Of a stretch of DNA of 64,000 nt, positions 13,690 through 27,702 are shown piece after piece. The translations under genes were made by a program, and so were the position numbers. Each line of letters opens with the position of its first letter. The first letter of the stretch is position 1. A model generated the notes under the pieces. That model was not told the origin of the DNA, did no database searches, and saw nothing but the letters and a program-made list of their open reading frames with translations. Where the stretch lies: the NCBI RefSeq assembly GCF_009914755.1, contig NC_060932.1. One strand, given 5' to 3'. Source of the stretch: the human T2T-CHM13v2.0 reference genome, Homo sapiens.

Positions 13690-14010
13690 AACATACCATA
13701 TAATATTGCCTTGTAGACTATGGTAAAGAGTTTAGATGTTATTTTAGATGAAAAACCTTTGGAGAATTCTGATCTTGAATTTATTTTAAAATTATTTTTC
13801 TGAATGCAACATACAAAATGCATTGTAGGAAAGCAAAAAATAGAAACAGGGAGACCAGTTGGAAGGCTATTGCAATGGTCAGGCAGAAAATGAGGATGGT
13901 TCATCAGAAGTGGCCTAATTCTGGGTATATTTTGAAGGTAAAGTTCAAATGATTTGTTTAATTGGACATGGGGTATAAAAGAGACAAGTCATTGAAGAAT
14001 CCAATTTTGA
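13690..14010 (-). mobile_element. L2 LINE fragment
   Basis: Minus frame encodes LPDHCNSLPTGLP, like L2 ORF2 LDYCNSLLTGLP. Confidence 0.75.
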
Positions 14011-14034
14011 CTCTCACTTTCCTTCTGTAAGATT

Positions 14035-14155
14035 AACTTTCTTCATTTTAAAATAGGGTCATCTTCAAAATTGGGTTTTTATGTAGATTAAATGTGATAA
14101 TATATGTAAAGTTATTCTCATAATGCCTGGCGTATACTGATCATGTAATGAATAT
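14035..14155 (+). mobile_element. MIR fragment
   Basis: GATTAAATGTGATAATATATGTAAAG...TGCCTGGC MIR core. Confidence 0.7.
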
Positions 14156-14167
14156 TCGCTATTAAGT

Positions 14168-15594
14168 AACGTTTATTTTAGCTTCAGGGGTACATGTGCA
14201 GGTTTGTTATATGGGTAAACTTGTGTCACAGGGGTTTGTTGTATAGTCATATAGATTATTTCATCACCCAGTCACTAAGCCTACCACTCAGTAGTTATTT
14301 TTTCTGATCCTCTCCCTCCACCTATCCACCACACTCAAGTAGGCCCCTGTGTCTGTTGTTCCCCTCTACGTGCCCATGTATTCTCATCATTTAGCTCCCA
14401 CTTATAAGTGAAAACATATAGTTTTTGGTTTTCTGTTCTTGTGTTAGTTTGCTAAGGACAATGGCCTCCAGTTCCATCCAGTACCATGCATGGCTGCATA
14501 GCATTCTGTGGTGTATAGGTACCACATTTTCTTTATCCAGTCTGCCATTGATGGGCATTTAGGTTGATTCCATGCCTTTACTATTGCAAATAGTACTGCA
14601 GTGAACATACATGTGCATGTGTCTTTATGGTAGAATGATTTATATTCCTTTGGGCATATACCCACAATAATGGGATTGCTGGGTTGAATGGTGGTTCTGA
14701 TTTTAGCTCTTTGATGAATCACCCCACTGCTTTCCACAATGGCTGAACTAATTTACACCTCCATCAAAAATGTATAAGCATTCTCTTTTCTCTGCAACTT
14801 TTCCAGCATCTGTTATTTTTTGGCTTTCTAATAATAGCTATTCTGACTGGTGTGAGATGGTATCTCATTGTGGTTTTGATTTTCATTTTTCTAATGATCA
14901 GTGATATTAAGGGTTTTTTAATATGCTTGTTGGATGTATGTATGTCTTCTTTTGAAAAGTGTCTGTTCATTGCCCACTTTTTAATGGGGTTGTTTTCTCT
15001 TGTAAATTTGTTTAAGTTCCTTATAGATGCTGATATGAAACCTTTGTCAGATGCATAGTTTGCAAATATTTTCTCCCATTCTGTAGGTTGTCTGTTTATT
15101 TTGTTGATAGTTTCTTTTGCTGTGCAGAAGCTCTTAAGTTTAATTAGATCCAGTTTGTTAATTTTTGCTTTTGTTGCAATTGCTTTTGGCATCTTCATCA
15201 TGAAATCTTTGCCAGTTCCTATGTCCCAAATGGTATTGCCTAGGTTGTCTTCCAGGGTGTTTATAGTTTGGGGTTTTACATTTAAGTCTCTAACCAATCT
15301 TGACTTGATTTTGGTATATGGTATAAGGAAGGAGCCCAGTTTCAATCTTCTGCATATGGCTAGACAGTTATCCTAGCACCATTTACTGAATAGAAAGTCC
15401 TTTCCCCGTTGTTTGTTTTTTCAGCTTTGTTGAAGATCGGATGGTCATAGGTGTGAAGCCTTATTTGCAGGCTTTCTATTCTATTCCATTGGTGAATGTG
15501 TCTATTTTTGTACCAATACCATGCTATTTTGTTTACTGCAGCCCTGTAGTATAGTTAGAAGTTGGTAAGGTGATGCCTCCAGCTTTGTTCTTTT
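14168..15594 (-). mobile_element. L1PA (older primate, about PA13-16) 3' UTR and ORF2 C-terminus
   Basis: Minus-strand ORF2 peptides ([29 protein letters not shown]) and a typical 3' UTR. Confidence 0.93.
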
Positions 15595-16458
15595 AAATGC
15601 AAAAGAACCACAATCATGCCAAACACACTGTCAGACCTTAGTGCAATAAAAATTGAAATCAAAACTAAAAAAAATCACTCAAAACTATGTAATTACATGG
15701 AAAGTAAACAACCTACTCTTGAATGACTTTTGGGTAAATAATGAAATTAAGGCAGAAATCAAGTTCTTTGAAACTAATGAGAACAAGGACACAGCATACC
15801 AGAATCTTTGGAACACAGCTAAGGCAGTGTTAAGAGAGGAATTCACAGCACTAAATGCCCACATCGAAAAGTTAGAATGATCTGAAATTAACAACTTAAC
15901 ATCACAACTAAAAGAACTAGAGAAGCAACAGGAACCCACCTGGTTTCCTGTTGCTTCTCCAAACCTAGCACAAGACAGGAAATAACCAAAATCAGAGCTG
16001 AACTGAAGGAGATCAAGACATGAAAAACCATTCAAAGATCAATGAATCTAGAAGTTGGTTTTTTGAAAAACTTAATAAGGTATATAGACCACTAGCTAGA
16101 CTAATAAAGAAGAAAAGAGAGAAGATGCAAAAAAGCACAATTAGAAATGACAAAGGGGATGTTACCACTGACCCCACCAAATACAAATGACCACCAAAGA
16201 CTACTGCGAACACTTGTATGCACACAAGCTAGAAAACCTAGAAGAGATGGATAAATTCCTGGACACATACACCCTCCCAAGACTGAACCAGGAAAAAATG
16301 GATTCCCTGAACAGACCAAAAACAAGCTCTGAAATTGAATTCGTGGTGAATGGGCCTGCCAACCAAGAAAAGCCCAGGACCAGATGGATTCACAGCTCAT
16401 TTCTATTAAATTCAAGAAGAAGAGCTGGTACCATTCCTACTGAAACTATTCCAAAAAC
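15595..16458 (+). mobile_element. Inverted L1 ORF2 segment (endonuclease end/Z region)
   Basis: Plus-strand peptides [15 protein letters not shown] and [23 protein letters not shown]. Confidence 0.92.
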
Positions 16459-16460
16459 AA

Positions 16461-17247
<787 letters not shown>

Positions 17248-18440
17248 TAAATTACTTTTTTTTTTTAAGCCAGTCTAATTAAGTAGTGGCGGGGTTGTGT
17301 ATCAACTTTCTAAATTACTTTTAAGGCACCACCTGATAAAACCACCTTTCCCAAATATCCTCTTTCACGTGTCTAAATTTGTGCACATTTATATTACTAT
17401 AAACAGAACCCACTGTGCCTATGATTTTCCCATCAACAACTTCCTCTCTATCAGATCTTTGAAGACTAAAACGTTTTCCAGTCTCACAGGAAAAAAAATC
17501 AAATATTGAAAACGATAGGAGATGGGTTGATGTTTGACAAACAGGAGATAACCTTCACTAGCAGTTGCCTGTTCTACTCATTAAATCTAAATTAGCCAAA
17601 TCTGAAACTGACTGTTGAGTACTACAGAATACTGTTTCATTAGCAATTCATTAATTGTTTTTAAATCTCACCTTTATGCATGAATAGATGCATAAAAATA
17701 AAAATGAATCATCTTGACAAGAGACTAGTAATGACTTTTGCCTAACTGCTTCAGGAACCATCTTCTCTCTCTAATGAGAAAATATTTTTACACTGAACTA
17801 AAGAAACCTCATATTGGGCAGGGCTTATATATGATACACACCAATACACTGGAAAATTGGACCTAGACCACATTATCATGGTATGTTTTACAATTAGTTG
17901 AGTCATAAATAATTCTTCATAATGGAGTTCTGAATATCTTCTTCCAATACCATAGAACTAATGTTGTTTTTTCAAAGAGATGGAAAATTATAAAGCCCAC
18001 TAAAACTTAAAACTGCTTTCTTAGTTTTAGCAGTCCTTTTATGAATTTTTCATTTCAAAGAGGATTTGCAAGGTGACAATAGTTTATCAAAGTAATTAAA
18101 CTGATGTGGTCATCAAAATGGTTGCCACAGCAGTCATTAGTGATATAGTTCTAGCTGGAGAAGGAAAAACTTTAAACTTTGAGAGTTTAAACTTTGAGAG
18201 AAGGTAGAGGTTCCTGGAGGACTTATACAGATATCAAATTGGCTTTTGGAAATATGAATCTGAAACCCAGGAGCACACAGGGTTCAACATACAGTTTGTA
18301 AGTGGAGACTACCAGTGATCAAGGTGGTTGTGGAAATAAATATATGGAACTAATTTATCAGGAAAGGGGTTATAGGAAAGAAAGAATTAAAGCTCTAAAG
18401 AGTTTATAAGATGAAGAGAATTTAAAATGGAGCCCCAAGG

Positions 18441-18690
18441 AGGCCAAGGCAGGAGGATGACTTGAGCCCAGGAGTTCAAGACCAGCCTGGGCAACATAGG
18501 GGAACCTCATCTCTATAAATAATAAAAAAAAAATTATCCAGGAGTAGTGTGTGCCTGTGGTCTCAACTACTTGGGAGACTGAGGTGAGATGGGAAGATCA
18601 CTTGAGCCAGTCGAAGCTGCAGTGAGCTGTGATTGCACCATTGCACTACAACCTGGGTGATGGAGTGAGCCCCTGTCTTCAGAAAAAAAA
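18441..18690 (+). mobile_element. 5'-truncated AluJ
   Basis: Lacks the first ~45 nt; TSD AAAATG(G/A)AGCCCCAAGG. Confidence 0.9.
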
Positions 18691-18999
18691 AATGAAGCCC
18701 CAAGGAACATCCACCCAGAAGTGGTGGTTGAAAAAAGAAGGGAGTGTGATCATAAATGAGACCAAACAGGAGACAATAGAGAGTAACATGAAGAAAACCA
18801 AAATAAAATGATACAGAAACCAAGGAAAAAGGAAGACACCAGGAGAGCTTGTTAAGAATGTAAAATATAGCTTATGTAAATTAAAAACTAGTAAGTGCCT
18901 AAGACGTCATCACTATGAAGGACAAAGTTCACCTGAATTAAGGTGAGGACAGTAAAGTGTTATGAGGAGGGGCCTGGTTGTAGGACTTGTGATTCTCTT

Positions 19000-19450
19000 A
19001 TAACAACACTGTAGAAGTGACGCAGCTTGACTTTTGAGACTAGGAGGGAAAAGGCAGTATAGCTTCTGCCTTAGTTGCTGGGATGCTTATCTTTGGAGTC
19101 CGGTGAGCTTCTGTGGAAGAAGCCTAACTACCTGAGGCTGTCACAATAAGAGGAAGCCCAAGCCAAGTGGAGAAGCTATGTGTAAATGCTTTGGTAAGTG
19201 ATTCCGGAGGGATTAAGGTCCCACCGAAAAGCCAGCATCAATTTGTCTCCAGGTGATTCCAGACTCCAGCGATCAGGTCACCCTCAGCTTTCAAGTCTCC
19301 TTTGTTGAAGTTCCAGATATTGGGAAGCAGAGACAAGTCACTCCCCTGAGCCCTGGTCTTGTTTCTGACCCACAGAATCCATGGCCATAAGGAATGGTGT
19401 TGTAAGCTACTAAATGTTGGTGCAATCACACAGCAATAGTAACTGAAACA
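19000..19450 (+). mobile_element. MLT1 (F/G/H-type) LTR
   Basis: TCTGACCCACAGAATCCATG...CACAGCAATAGTAACTGAAACA end. Confidence 0.7.
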
Positions 19451-20199
19451 TCACTGAAAGAAATTACATCTCCAGAGGGAAAATATGTAATTTTTATGAT
19501 ACAACAATTTTTAAAGGATGTTAAATTGCAAAATATCTTCCCAACTCAAGCTCTAATCTTTCCAAATTTGGGGCATAGATAAAACTCAAATCTGCTGTAT
19601 CTTTTCACAAGTTTCCCAGGGTTTACAAGAAGTAGCTCTTACTATAATTTCCTGTTACCTAATCTCCAAAGCCTATCCTAAATCCTATCTTCTCTCTGAA
19701 ATCTTCAGTGACCACTTTTGACAGAAGTCATCATTCATTCCTATAAACTCTATTGTTGTTAACTTTTTTTTTTTTGGTAACAAACATATAGCCTATCCTA
19801 TCAAATAGATCTAATAAATCTGGGGACACATTTATGTTTCTTTGTATCATACAGATTAACGATTACAGTACACTGTCTATAACAGGTGGTCAATAAATAT
19901 CTGTTTATTTATTGATGATTATTAACCATTAATGCAAATATTATTACTGGATTTTAAAGCGGATTATTTTATCCTGCAACTTAATAAAATTTACTCTTCT
20001 TGCTTTCAAAGAAAGAGATTGTGTGCATAGTCATCATATAAAGTATACATCCTCTTAGTGTCTTCAAAAGTTACTTTTGTTAATAGAATATTATTTTCAC
20101 TTTGATTATGCAACCTAAAGAGACATGTATTTGAAGGATGGTGGTGTCCATGATAATAAATGTAGTCACATAACATGTTCAGAAACACTGGGCCAAGTT

Positions 20200-20497
20200 T
20201 TTGTTTTGTTTCGTTTTTCCTTTTTAGAGACAGGGTCTCACTCTGTTGCCCAGGCTGGAGTGCAGTGGTGCAATCACGACTCACTGCAATTTGGACTTCC
20301 AGGCTAGAGTATTCCTCCCACCTCAGCCTCCAGGGCTGGGTAGCTGGGACTACAGACCACTATGCCTGGCTAATTTTTTGTAGAGACGGGGTTACATCAT
20401 GCTGCCCTGGCTGGTCTGGAACTCCTGGGCTAAGTGATCCTGCCACCTCGGCCTCCCGCAACGTTGGGATTAGAGGCTTGAGCTGCCACGCCTGGCC
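20200..20497 (-). mobile_element. AluJ
   Basis: Full dimer; TSD G(G/A)CCAAGTTTT. Confidence 0.9.
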
Positions 20498-21084
20498 TGG
20501 ACCAAGTTTTTATTCACTCAAACAATTTTCTAAGAATGGAAAAGGAAATTGGGAGAGGAAGGAAGACTGACTCAGTGGGAGGGTGTTTGTTAATTAGTAA
20601 ACAAGTGCTGTATACATATTGAGCCAAGTGGCTGCTTTTCAAAAAAGCAAAGTACATGAGGAATCTCAGCTGTTTCCTGAAAATAGGCTCACTTACACTT
20701 CCCTGATGGAGACATGTTTTATTATCTGTGAGAACTGAGGAGTTTGTTTATCAAGAAGAAAGAGACAAAATGGGGGTGGGGGTGGGGTGAGGAAGTTGAA
20801 GTGTCATCTCGGCAGATGGCTGGAGAGAGAACGTGGTTGTGGCTGAGGCTTGTTCAATAGAAGCAAGCATATTCTTCTTACCAAAAGAACGGTTATTTTT
20901 CATTCTCGGAAAATTTACAATATCAGAATTGAGGGCAGAATTTGGGTGGGGACAGGGTGGGAAGTCAGGGACAGTTGTTTTCCAGATATGTTTAAAATGT
21001 AGGCATTCTAATCAAGGACTGTCTGGATCTCCAGGACTCTTATACCGTTCAAAGTACATGGCTGTATCACCAAGTTCATGGACT

Positions 21085-21320
21085 TTTGTTTATTTATTCA
21101 ATAAATATTTACTGAGAACATATGAAAAGCCAGACATTGTTCCAGATGCTGAGAACACAGCACTGGGGGAGAAAAACCAGATTAAAGTCTCTGCTCTAAA
21201 GGAATTTATTTACATTTTACTGGAAGGGGCAGGAGACAGACAATAAGCAAATAAATACAATTTTCAGATGACGATAAGTATCATGAAGAAATTAAACCAG
21301 AGTAATATAACAGAGACTGA
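21085..21320 (-). mobile_element. L2 3' end
   Basis: ATTCAATAAATATTTACTGAG...CCAGACATTGTTC. Confidence 0.8.
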
Positions 21321-22900
21321 CCTTGACATTTAGTAAAATGAAATCCTCTTCAAGGTACCAGACTGGCTCCACTGAGGTCTGACCCATCAGACCCCCTATA
21401 AGAATTAGAAGACAATGCATTCATCCTTATTGGACAATAGCTCTGAAGTCTTCTAACTGGTCCTAGACCTCCTTGGCTACAAAAGGCTCTTTAGGAGCCA
21501 GAAGTAGGAATGTTGTCCAGTAGCTCTGAGCTGCTATGAAATTATAGGCCTCTTTCAGCAGACACTCCTTGATTGAAATAATGGCTCCCTCCAAGCATGC
21601 ACTGATTTATGGTCTGCTGGATTGTTTTTCTTGATTGTCTCAATGTTGTTGATATCAGATTCCATTTAACTTTGAGCCTCCTCTTCTTTCTCTACTGCCA
21701 TCCCCACACTATACTGGTTGCTTTCTGTTGCAAGTCAAGCTTGCCTAATCCTACACAGGGCCTAACTCTGCCTAGCTATTGTGAGTTGGATGGAACATGC
21801 TGCTGACATGCCCCACAATGATGACATCCATGATAAACCTGGTTTTTTGATTTCCTTGTGTCAGCACAACGATTTTGGCCAACATGTCTGTTCTTACAAA
21901 TGTTCCAGCAATGCCTTCTAAATCTGTACTATGCAGAATATTTTGCCAACTGAAGTTAAGATGTTATTATTTGAACACTTGGTGGTAGGGCATCCTGAAT
22001 AAGATATCTAAACACTGGGCCTGCTAACTGGCAGAGAAAAACTCAGTGCATTACAAAAAATGTCAACAGTCTGAGAGGCATTCATGTGGGCATGAGTAGA
22101 GGAAGCACAGGCAGCCATGGGAATACCTAGTTAAGACCTGTTATGTCAAGGGTGTGGTCATTCTACCAAAGAGTATAGGGTTCCCTGAAATAGCTAAGCA
22201 GCTTCTCATTCCAAAACCATTTGCCTGGGGTGTTGAGAAAGACATTCCAATAGACAAGATGAAAAGGGAATTTATTTGAAGGATACATGGAAATCTCACA
22301 TAATCCAACTGTAAATGCTGCCACTAGGCCTCATAAATGTTGAAAACAATCTTCAAACAAGCTACTTTCTCTGCTTTTTTCTTTCAGGAAACATGATTTC
22401 TTTTCTGCATCCCTCTGTACTTGAATTTCATTCTGCTTCATGTAGCCAGGCTTCTTTTACCAGGGTCGTCATTTCAGTTCCTGGGTAAACTTCAGCTTTA
22501 CGTGAGCCCCTGCCCTGCTGTGAAGCAATTTGGTTCAGACTCGACCAGATGTTACAGCTCCAGCCCACCACTGATTACTAAGTCAAACTCTATGGCTTTT
22601 AGTTTGAATTCTTGTGAAAGAGAATTTAATTGGGTCAAGTGAGCTTTGGGTTGTTTTTCCACTTACCTGTGACTAGCCATTGGGGCTGGAGAATTTGTAA
22701 TCCTGTGCTACAAACACAATAGCCACGTGTGTGGTTGGGGGAACATTTTCTTAGATGGTGAACACGAAGCAAATGATCAGCATTCAGGTCCAGTGAAGCT
22801 GTAAAGTCTAGCCACCACCCACAACTACCAAAGAGGCCACTCTTTTCAGGCCAACTGCGTGATAGGTGGTAGTTACCATAAAGATTCTGATGCCTCTAAC

Positions 22901-23226
22901 TTTTTCTTTTTTTTCCTTTTTCTTTTTTTTTTTTTTTTTTTTTTTGAGACAGTCTTGCTCTGTCACTCAGGCTGGAGTGCAATGGAGCAATCATGGTTTG
23001 CTGAAGCCTTGACCTCCTGGGCTCAAGCAATCCTCTTGCCTCAGTCTCCCAAGTAGTTGGGACCACAGTCATGGGCTACCATGCCTGGCTTTTTTTTTTT
23101 TTTTTTTTGGTAGACAGGTTTTGCCATTTTGCCCAGGCTGGTCTTGAACTCCTGGACTCCAGCAATCCATCCACCTTGGCCCCCTAAAGTGCTGAGATTA
23201 CAGGTGTGAACTACCGCACCCAGGCA
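22901..23226 (-). mobile_element. AluJ
   Basis: Full dimer; TSD CCTCTAACT. Confidence 0.9.
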
Positions 23227-23425
23227 CCTCTAACTTATATGAATGTTGGAATTGCTCATTTTTGGGACAGAATGTAGTTCTAATTTGTCCACTTTCCAAA
23301 GGAAATTAAATTGAAGACATGCTAAAGATAGACATTTTGTAAATCTTGATCTAACAGAATTAGCATAACAAAGCAAGAACTTGTGAAGCGATAGTGAACA
23401 AGAATGTAAATAAAAAATAGTTGAT

Positions 23426-23965
23426 GGTTTCCAGCTTCATCCATGTCCCTGCAAAAAACATGAATTTATCCTTTTTTATGGCTGCATAGTATTCCATGGT
23501 GTATATGTGCCACATTTTCTTTATCCAGTCTATCATTGACGGGCATTTGGATTGGTTCCAAGTCTTTGCTATTGTGAACAGTGCTGCAATAAACATACGT
23601 GTGCATGTGTCTTTATAGTAAAAAGATTTATAATCCTTTGGGTATATACTCAGTAATGGGATTGCTGGGTCAGATGGTATTTCTGCTCAGCAAACTAACA
23701 CAGGAACAGAAAACCAAGCACCACATGTTCTCACTCATAAGTAAGAGTTGAACAATGAGAACACATGGACACAGGGAGGGGAGCATCATACACCGGGGCC
23801 TGTTGGGGGGTGGGAGGCTAGGGGAAGGATAGGATTATGAGAAATACCTAAATACCTAATGTAGATGACAGGTTGATGGGCGCAGCAAACCACCATGGCA
23901 TGTGTATACCTATGTAACAAACCTGCACGTTCTGCACACGTATCCAGAACTTAAAGTATAAAAAG
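23426..23965 (+). mobile_element. L1PA (about PA7) 3' end with 5' inversion
   Basis: Antisense 23426-23684, sense 23685-23965; TSD AAAAAA(T/C)AGTTGAT. Confidence 0.93.
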
Positions 23966-25560
23966 AAAAAACAGTTGATAGGCTAGAAAGGGGAGTCAGG
24001 CTTCCTTGCACTTGCACATGCTCCCTAGCATGAAGAACTGAAGTCTTCTCTCTAGCATGCCTTTCCCTTTACCATCTATTTGGCAAAGTCTTATTCATTC
24101 TTCAAGAACTGTTATAGATTAACCATCACTTCTTGTAGAATGTCTTTTCTTACAGGGCTTACTTTCCTCCCTAATAGGCAAAAAGTATTTCTCTTCTTTT
24201 GTCACAGGCATTTAGATTGAATTTCTGTAGGGCAGAAGCCTTGTTTTATTCTTCTTTGAATGCCCCTCAGCATATGCTACAAAACTTACATAGATTTTTA
24301 ATGAATACTTATTGATTAAAATCATATAACCAAATAGATGTGGTTAATAACCTCACTTTACACAGAAATTAAGCCAATAGACTATAGATCTAGGCTCTAC
24401 TGAAGTGCTGTACACCTAATTTTAGACAACACACATCACCTACACTATTCCCATTATTTCATCCAGTTGACAGATATATCAAGAGAATAATTCTTATATT
24501 TGTCTTACCACAAAGAGTGCAGGTGTTTGTACTCAACAGGATCAAAATAATACAGGATAAAATGCAAATTGTATGAGAAAGTAATTATTCTTTCATTCAA
24601 GTAATATTTATAGTGTACTTACTTTGTGCCCCACATTAGCTATAAATGTTGTATACTAAGGCAGAAAGTGGAGAATGTAAGCTAAGAACTTGATAAAGTA
24701 AACATGTTATATAATGATCAGATAATAATTCATACTGAATAAAGGCTAAAAGAAATTATTACAAACTCTCATAGAACTATTCACTTCTGTTTTGCAACAA
24801 CAATGTGCTTGTAAATTATTTGTTGAATATCTGCCTGCTTTTTTCCCTGGGCTATAAGCTCCAGTGGAGCCTAGTCCAGGTCTAACTCATCAGTATTCTA
24901 CTCCTGGTGTGTAGCACAATGCCAGCACATAATCAAGTATTTAATAAGCATATGCTGAATAAATAGCGAATAGATGGATGTATAGGGAGAAAAACAACAC
25001 CAAAACTTGCATTTTAAAAAGAGTCCCCAAATAGGAAGAATTATAAAAGGGAGTATCAAGCTATCCTTTATTGAAGACAGTTTGAGAAAGGCAAGTTGTT
25101 CAAGAACATGAGTCTTTAAAAGTAAATTTAAAGAATAATTTAAAGGCTAAATTTATATTCGACTTTGGCAAAGACTAACAAGCTCAATAATTTAGTAATT
25201 TGCTTAACAACTAGATGTTGAATCCCTACAAAGGGCCAGACATTGTACTGGGTGCTAAAATGCAGGAGAGAATAAGATAAATTTGATCTCTGTTCACATG
25301 GAGCTTACAGGAATTCAGAAGATACTAGAAGGTTCGTAGATTATTTTCCTAACATGTAAAATAAAGCAAAACTCTATTATAAAAAGTAATGCATATCTGA
25401 TCAAAAAATACCTATTAGATCTTTGATAATATTTGGGCAAGTATACTTACTAGTGACACACTAGGTTCTATGGTTTCCTGTGTAGTCTGTGACTGTTCAT
25501 GCTATTACTCCTTGCTGGAATCTTTTCCCACCTAAGCCCCTCTTTTACTTGTCTAAATCA

Positions 25561-25914
<354 letters not shown>

Positions 25915-26322
25915 TCATCTTTCAAATTTGTGAGTCATAGACATAGTCTCCCACCAGCCCCTCCACATCCCCTCAGCTACCATAAGCTTCATGTGCATAC
26001 CCCATTCTGAGTTTACCATAGTATATTGAAATCATGATTTCTTTGCCTGTCTCTTTTCTGAACTCTAAGCTCCTTGAGGGCAGAGGCTAATTTTCATTGA
26101 TTTTGCATGTATAATGTCTGGTACATAACAGGAGATCAATAAATGTATATGAAGTTGAACTGAAGTCTCTATGTTTTCTCTTTAGAAACTTATATCTGCC
26201 TAATATAATAAGAGCAAGGGCTTCACTTGTATCCTATATTTCTAAAATTTCTTTAAAAGACATTCTACAATCTGAGTCATCAAGAAAGTTCATCACTGAA
26301 AGCATTCACAAGCCCGAATATG

Positions 26323-26490
26323 TCCTCTCCTCTCCTCTCCTCTCCTCTCCTCCCCCCTCCCCTCCCCTCCTCTTCTTCCTTTCTTCCTTTCCTTTCCTTT
26401 CCTTTCCTTTCCTTTCCTTTCCTTTCCTTTCCTTTCCTTTCCTTTCCTTTCCTTTCATTTCCTTTCCTTTCCTTTCCCTTTCTCTTTCTC
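26323..26490. repeat. Polypyrimidine (CCTCT)n/(CCTTT)n tract
   Basis: 14 consecutive CCTTT at 26386-26455. Confidence 0.97.
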
Positions 26491-26494
26491 TCTT

Positions 26495-26778
26495 TCTTTT
26501 TTTATTTTCATGGTCTTGCCCAGGCTGGAGTACAATGGCACAATAATCATGGCTCACTGCTCACTGCAGCCTTGACCCGGGTTCAAGCAATCCTCCTGCC
26601 TCAGCCTCCTGAGTAGCTGGGAGCACAGATATGGGCCACCACACCTGGCTAAGTTTTTGTAGAGATAGGACCTCTCTATGTTGCCCAGGCTAGTCTTGAA
26701 CTCCTGGGGCTCAAGCCATCCTCCCACCTCTGCCTCCCAAAGTGCTGGAGTTACAGGTGTAAGCCACCACACTCAGCC
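26495..26778 (-). mobile_element. AluJ
   Basis: Dimer on the minus strand. Confidence 0.88.
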
Positions 26779-26977
26779 CATTATTTTTTCTTTTTACCCA
26801 TAGCTCAAATCCACATGAAAATTTGAGGCAGAGAACACCACTGTCTTTACAGTCCTGATCATATAAAACCTATTTACATTTTTACTACCTTAAATTCCTA
26901 AATAATCATATATGAGAAAGTCAGACCTCTTTCTTGGCAAGCCCAGTGTTAGAAGGAAACATTCTCTGGTACCACTA

Positions 26978-27344
<367 letters not shown>

Positions 27345-27345
<1 letters not shown>

Positions 27346-27702
27346 TGTTAGCAGAGGCTTGAAAAGGGCATGCGCTTTTTCATTACACTCTTATGTGACT
27401 GGGCCTGCCCACTATTCTCCTCTGCTATGCTATGAGAACATCTTCTGGGCTAGCCTGCAGAAAGGATGCAAGAGGCATGTGGAAGAGAGCAGAGTTACCC
27501 CTGACATCCCAGCCAGGGCCATCCTAGATCAATCAATGGCCAGCCAGCCCCAGATACGTGAGGACATCCAGCTTAGGTCAGAAAAACTTTCCAGCTAACC
27601 CCGTTTAAAATCTAGTGAACTAAATAACTTTATTATTTTAAGAAACTGAGTTTGGGATGGTTTGTTATCAAGCATTATTGTGGCAATAGACATAGATAAC
27701 AC
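27345..27702 (+). mobile_element. MLT1-class LTR fragment
   Basis: TTTAAGAAACTGAGTTTGGGATGGTTTGTTAT...GGCAATAGA...ACA end. Confidence 0.65.
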
